This document shows, one piece after another, positions 27,836-32,000 of a stretch of 32,000 bases of DNA. The stretch is taken from assembly GCF_000021865.1 (NCBI RefSeq), contig NC_014034.1, positions 450,001 to 482,000 on the forward strand, given 5' to 3'. Source of the stretch: Rhodobacter capsulatus SB 1003. GTDB lineage: Bacteria; Pseudomonadota; Alphaproteobacteria; Rhodobacterales; Rhodobacteraceae. How positions within the stretch are numbered: the stretch's first letter is position 1; every line of letters starts with the position of its first letter. The notes under the pieces are model-generated. The model had not been told where the DNA came from and did no database searches. It was given only the letters and a program-made list of their open reading frames with translations. The position numbers and the translations under genes are program-made.

Positions 27836-29154
27836 TGGATGCCCGCTCGATCATCATGGCGGTGCGGGACGGCGCCGGGCTGTCGCCCGAGGCGGCCCTC
27901 TGGTTCGCGCGCGGTCTGGCCGATGGCACGGTGTCCGACGCGCAGGCCGGGGCATTCGCGATGGCGGTTCTGTGCCGCGGCATCGGGCCCGGCGGTCGGG
28001 TGGCGCTGACGCAGGCGATGCGGGATTCGGGGCAGGTGGTGCGCTGGGATCTGCCCGGCCCGGTCGTCGACAAGCATTCGACGGGCGGCATCGGCGATTC
28101 CGTGTCCCTGCTTCTGGCCCCGGCGCTGGCGGCCTGTGGCGTCTATGTGCCGATGATTTCCGGGCGCGGTCTGGGCCATACCGGCGGCACGCTGGACAAG
28201 ATGGAGTCCATCCCCGGCTACAAGTCGCTGCCCGGCGTCGCGGTGCTGCGCAAGGTCGTGGCCGAGGTCGGCTGCGCCATCATCGGCGCGACCGAGGAAA
28301 TCGCCCCGGCCGACAAGCGGCTTTACGGCATCCGCGACATCTCGGGCACGGTCGAAAGCATCGATCTGATCACCGCCTCGATCCTGTCGAAGAAACTGGC
28401 GGTCGGGCTTGATGCGCTGGTGCTCGATGTCAAGGTCGGCTCGGGTGCCTTCATGGCGACGGTGGAAGACGCGCAGGCGCTGGCCGAAAGTCTGGTGAAG
28501 ACGGCGAATGATGCGGGGGTCCGGACCTCGGCCTTGATGACCGACATGAACCAGAGCCTGGGGCAATCGGCGGGCAATGCGCTTGAAGTGCTCGAGGTGA
28601 TGGAGACGCTGACCGGCACCTCGGTCAACGAGGCGCTTTGGGATGTGACCTCGGCCTTGGGCGGCGAGGTGCTGATGCTGGCGGGCAAGGCGGCAAGTCT
28701 GGACGATGGCGCCGCGCGGATCGATGCGGCGATCGAAAGCGGCCGCGCCGCCGAGATCTTCGGGCGGATGGTGGCAGCCTTGGGCGGGCCGGTCGATTTC
28801 GTCGAACGCTACCCCGACCGGCTTCCGGCCGCGCCGCTGATCGTGCCGGTGCCCGCGCCGCGGGCGGGCTTTGTCGCCCGGGTGAACGGGCGGGCCCTGG
28901 GCGAGGCGGTGGTGCGGCTGGGCGGCGGGCGGCTGGTCGGTTCGGACCGGATCAACCCCTCGGTCGGGCTGACCGGGCAGGCGATGATCGGCGCGGAAAT
29001 GGCCCGCGGCGAGGCGCTGGCGCTGATCCATGCCCCCGATCAGGCCCGCGCCGATCAGGCGGTGGCGGCGGTTCTGGCAGCCTATCAGATGTCGGAGGAT
29101 CCGCCCGAGGAACCGCCGCTGATCCATTGCCGGATCGGACCGGAGGAGGTGTGA
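27835..29154 (+). CDS. deoA: Thymidine phosphorylase
   Basis: 439 aa. Motifs: VDKHSTGGIGDSVSLLLAP, MISGRGLGHTGGTLDKMESIPGY, and SILSKKLA. The ATG overlaps the cdd TGA (TGATG). Confidence 0.95.
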   Translation: MDARSIIMAVRDGAGLSPEAALWFARGLADGTVSDAQAGAFAMAVLCRGIGPGGRVALTQAMRDSGQVVRWDLPGPVVDKHSTGGIGDSVSLLLAPALAACGVYVPMISGRGLGHTGGTLDKMESIPGYKSLPGVAVLRKVVAEVGCAIIGATEEIAPADKRLYGIRDISGTVESIDLITASILSKKLAVGLDALVLDVKVGSGAFMATVEDAQALAESLVKTANDAGVRTSALMTDMNQSLGQSAGNALEVLEVMETLTGTSVNEALWDVTSALGGEVLMLAGKAASLDDGAARIDAAIESGRAAEIFGRMVAALGGPVDFVERYPDRLPAAPLIVPVPAPRAGFVARVNGRALGEAVVRLGGGRLVGSDRINPSVGLTGQAMIGAEMARGEALALIHAPDQARADQAVAAVLAAYQMSEDPPEEPPLIHCRIGPEEV

Positions 29155-30365
29155 TGGCGCGTGCCTTTCTGATCGTGATGGATTCCGTCGGCATCGGCGG
29201 CGCCCCGGATGCGGGGTCTTTCTTCAACGAGGGCCGTCCGGATACCGGGGCGAACACGCTGGCCCATATCGCCGAGGCCTGCGCCGCGGGCCGGGCCGAG
29301 GAAGGGCGCTCAGGTCCGCTCAAGCTGCCGCATCTGGATGCGCTGGGCCTTTCGGCGGCGGTGGACCTGGCGAGCGGCACGCGTCCGGCCGGGCTTGGCG
29401 CCGTGCCGCAGGGCCTTTGGGGCGCGGCGACGGAAGTTTCGCGCGGCAAGGACACGCCTTCGGGCCATTGGGAGCTGGCAGGCGTGCCCGTGCCTTGGGA
29501 CTGGCATTACTTCCTTGAAACGCAAGACAGTTTCTCGCCCGATCTGGTCGATTTCGTCGCCCGGGCCGCGGGCACCGAAGGCATTTTGGGCAATTGCCAC
29601 GCCCCGGGAACCGCGATCATCGAGCGGCTTGGCGCAGAACACCTGCGCACGGGCTGGCCGATCTGCTACACCTCGGCCGACAGCGTCTTCCAGATCGCCG
29701 CACATGAGGAAAGCTTCGGGCTCGACCGGCTTTTGCAGCTGTGCCGCGACGTGGCGCCAAGGCTGCATGCGATGAAGGTGGGCCGGGTCATCGCCCGCCC
29801 CTTCACCGGCACGCCCGGTGCCTTTCTCCGCACGCCGAACCGGCGCGATTTCGCCATCGAACCGCCCGCGCCGACCCTGCTCGATTGGGTTCAGGGCGCG
29901 GGGCGCACCACCCATGCCATCGGCAAGATCGGCGACATCTTTTCCCATCGCGGCATCACCCATCTGCACAAGGGCAAGAATGACGCCGATCTTATGGAGC
30001 ATCTGATCCGGCTTGGCACTGACGCCGAGGAGGGCAGCCTGACCTTCGCCAATTTCGTCGAATTCGACAGCCTCTGGGGGCATCGGCGCGATGTTGCGGG
30101 CTATGCCCGGGCGCTCGAATGGTTCGACGCCTGTCTGGGCCGCTTCCTGCCGACCCTGCGTCCGGGCGATCTGGCGCTTTTCACCGCCGATCACGGCAAC
30201 GACCCCAGCTGGTCGGGCACCGATCACACCCGCGAACGCGTTCCGGTGCTGGGTCACGGGCTTGGCTTGCGTCCGGTGGGGTTGCTCGCCTATGCCGACA
30301 TCGGCGCGTCGGTCGCGGCGCATCTGGGCGTGGCCCCGCAAGGGCCCGGCCGCAGTTTTCTTTGA
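29154..30365 (+). CDS. deoB: Phosphopentomutase
   Basis: Within ORF 28638..30365. ATG 29154 overlaps the deoA TGA (TGATG), with GGAGGAGG 5 nt upstream. It reads [20 protein letters not shown]...[13 protein letters not shown]...ADHGNDP...DHTRE.VP. 403 aa. Confidence 0.93.
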   Translation: MARAFLIVMDSVGIGGAPDAGSFFNEGRPDTGANTLAHIAEACAAGRAEEGRSGPLKLPHLDALGLSAAVDLASGTRPAGLGAVPQGLWGAATEVSRGKDTPSGHWELAGVPVPWDWHYFLETQDSFSPDLVDFVARAAGTEGILGNCHAPGTAIIERLGAEHLRTGWPICYTSADSVFQIAAHEESFGLDRLLQLCRDVAPRLHAMKVGRVIARPFTGTPGAFLRTPNRRDFAIEPPAPTLLDWVQGAGRTTHAIGKIGDIFSHRGITHLHKGKNDADLMEHLIRLGTDAEEGSLTFANFVEFDSLWGHRRDVAGYARALEWFDACLGRFLPTLRPGDLALFTADHGNDPSWSGTDHTRERVPVLGHGLGLRPVGLLAYADIGASVAAHLGVAPQGPGRSFL

Positions 30366-30376
30366 AAGGACAGACC

Positions 30377-31009
30377 ATGGATCAACAGGTCACCGTCGTC
30401 GATCACCCGCTGGTGCAGCACAAACTGACGCTGATGCGGGAAAAGGACACCTCCACCGCCTCTTTCCGCCAGCTTCTGCGCGAAATCAGCCTGCTTCTGG
30501 CCTATGAGGTCACCCGCGGGCTGGACCTGACCACGAAGCGCATCGAAACGCCGCTCTGCGAAATGGACGCGCCGATCCTTGAGGGCAAGAAACTGGCGCT
30601 GATCTCGATCCTGCGGGCGGGGAACGGGCTTCTCGATGGCATTCTGGAGCTGATCCCGGCGGCGCGGGTGGGGTTTGTCGGGCTTTACCGCGATCCCGAA
30701 ACGCTGCAGCCGGTGCAATATTACTGCAAGGTGCCCGCGGAGCTGGAAGACCGGATGGTGATTGTCGTCGATCCGATGCTGGCGACGGGCAATTCCTCGG
30801 CCGCCGCCGTGCAGCTGATGAAGGACAAGGGCGCGAAGAACATCCGCTTCCTGTGCCTTCTGGCCGCGCCCGAGGGGATCGCGCGGATGCGGGCGGCGCA
30901 TCCGGATGTGCCGATCGTCACGGCCTCGATCGACAGCCATCTGAACGATCACGGCTATATCGTGCCGGGCCTGGGGGATGCGGGCGACCGGATGTTCGGC
31001 ACCAAATAG
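30377..31009 (+). CDS. upp: Uracil phosphoribosyltransferase
   Basis: Within ORF 30119..31009, ATG 30377. It reads [44 protein letters not shown]...[11 protein letters not shown]...[12 protein letters not shown]...[17 protein letters not shown]. 210 aa, 11 nt after deoB. Confidence 0.97.
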   Translation: MDQQVTVVDHPLVQHKLTLMREKDTSTASFRQLLREISLLLAYEVTRGLDLTTKRIETPLCEMDAPILEGKKLALISILRAGNGLLDGILELIPAARVGFVGLYRDPETLQPVQYYCKVPAELEDRMVIVVDPMLATGNSSAAAVQLMKDKGAKNIRFLCLLAAPEGIARMRAAHPDVPIVTASIDSHLNDHGYIVPGLGDAGDRMFGTK

Positions 31010-31052
31010 CGGCGGGATCGCGCCGGGGGGCGGCGGCCGATTTTCCTTTACT

Positions 31053-31077
31053 CTGCAACAATTGTGCTGCAGTTTTT
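31053..31077 (+). terminator. Weak candidate terminator after upp
   Basis: CTGCA(a)CA-attg-TG(c)TGCAG: 7 bp with one mismatch (31053-31072), followed by TTTTT (31073-31077). A short GC stem CGCCG-ggggg-CGGCG at 31021-31035, followed by ATTTTCC, is an alternative. Confidence 0.35.
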
Positions 31078-31100
31078 CCGAAAGATCATCGGGGGATGGC

Positions 31101-32000
31101 ATGCGGCGGTATGGTTGGTGGGTGGCGGCGACGGCGGTCGCGGCCACGTTGGGCGGTTCGGTCGCCCTGGCAGAGATGGATGTCAACGGCCCGGCCGACG
31201 TGCCGCCGCCCTCCTTCAAGGGGCGGCAATATGTCGACAGCGTGGGCTGCGTCTTCGTGCGGGCGGGCTATGGCGGCACGGTGACCTGGGTGCCGCGGGT
31301 CGACCGGACGAAAAAGCAGCTTTGCGGCTATCAGCCCAGCCTGCCGCAGGGCGCGCCGGTGGCCGAGGTCGTGACGGCCCCGGCCAAAGCCGCGCCGCCG
31401 GTGGCCGTTGCCGCCGCGCCTGCTCCGGCTCCGGCCCCCGCGCCTGCGGTCCGCCCCGCCGGATCGGCCTTTGCGCCGACGCCCTTTGTCGGCAAGCCGA
31501 TGGAGACGATCGCCACCACCGAGACCCCGCCGCGCATCGGTCTTGGCGCTGCCGCCCGGCCCCCCCTGCCTGCCGCGCCGGTCCGGGTGGCCGCAGTGCC
31601 GCCCGCCCCGATCTCGCCGCCCGTCGCCACGGCGGCGCCGTTGCGGTCGGGCTATGTCTCTCCCTATGCGCTGGACGGCGGCTTCGAGGCCGCGGGGACC
31701 CCGGTCGCCGCGATTTCTGCCGCAACCCCGGGCCGGGGCAGCGTGCGCTATCACAACACCCTGCCGGTTCCGGTGCGGATCACCGGCACCGAGACGGTGG
31801 CGGCCGCTGCGACCGCCTGCCCGGCGGGCATGGCCACGGCGCAGCGTTACCTGCTGTCGGATGGCCGCTCGGTCGTGCGCTGCGGTGGCGCGACCGAGAA
31901 TCCGGTCGATTTCATCAATGCCGCCGCCGTGCCCGGTCTGGTCGTGGCCGCCTCGGCGCCGATGTCGGGCGGCAGCGGCTATGCCGCCGCGCTGGCGCCG
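31101..32000 (+). CDS. Secreted Pro/Ala-rich protein, N-terminal 300 codons (CDS runs off the right edge)
   Basis: Absent from the track because it is open to the window end. ATG 31101, with GGGGGA 5 nt upstream. It reads MRRYGWWVAATAVAATLGGSVALAEMDVNGPADVPPPSFKGRQYVDSVGCVFVRAGYGGTVTWVPRVDRTKKQLCGYQPSL..., then a low-complexity stretch AKAAPPVAVAAAPAPAPAPAPAVRPA... Signal-peptide-like start, G/C3-rich, exactly in frame to nt 32000. It could be a SPOR-type cell-wall protein, but the diagnostic C-terminus is outside the window. Confidence 0.6.
   Translation, partial: MRRYGWWVAATAVAATLGGSVALAEMDVNGPADVPPPSFKGRQYVDSVGCVFVRAGYGGTVTWVPRVDRTKKQLCGYQPSLPQGAPVAEVVTAPAKAAPPVAVAAAPAPAPAPAPAVRPAGSAFAPTPFVGKPMETIATTETPPRIGLGAAARPPLPAAPVRVAAVPPAPISPPVATAAPLRSGYVSPYALDGGFEAAGTPVAAISAATPGRGSVRYHNTLPVPVRITGTETVAAAATACPAGMATAQRYLLSDGRSVVRCGGATENPVDFINAAAVPGLVVAASAPMSGGSGYAAALAP

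Noticed and set aside
27574-29127. 517-aa minus-strand ORF
   Set aside because: Antisense to cdd and deoA. Shadow ORF.

Overview
High-GC window (third codon positions are almost all G/C). It looks like core chromosome of an alphaproteobacterium, probably Rhodobacteraceae, judged from protein sequences and gene order (inference). I support 29 protein-coding genes. Housekeeping and metabolic genes: lysC-ptsP, panC-panB, glyA, nadK, prpE-like acyl-CoA synthetase, maeB, and a cdd-deoA-deoB-upp nucleoside salvage operon. Other genes: creatinase, an RND efflux pair (adaptor plus permease), an L,D-transpeptidase, an M48 lipoprotein peptidase, cytochrome b561, an alpha/beta hydrolase and several small orphan proteins. 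I saw no rRNA, tRNA, CRISPR array, transposase, integrase or recognisable defence system. Most long ORFs in the track are antisense shadows or upstream read-through typical of high-GC DNA, and I trimmed starts accordingly. The window is mostly ordinary. The items most worth a second look: (1) a translationally coupled pair made of a sensor-less hybrid kinase (DHp-CA-REC-HPt) and an NtrC-family regulator reading GAFVGA for GAFTGA and D-G for the Walker B D-E; (2) two tandem, ATGA-coupled small paralogues with a conserved C-x2-C-x5-C...C motif and no known function; (3) TTTGCAAA-type palindromes upstream of the prpE-like gene, matching the operator I recall for PccR/ScfR regulators; (4) a small lipoprotein-like gene whose start signal, signal peptide and mature domain lie in different frames; (5) a 395-nt hairpin-rich spacer upstream of creatinase whose last stem covers the Shine-Dalgarno sequence. 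All homology statements come from memory of protein families; no searches were run.
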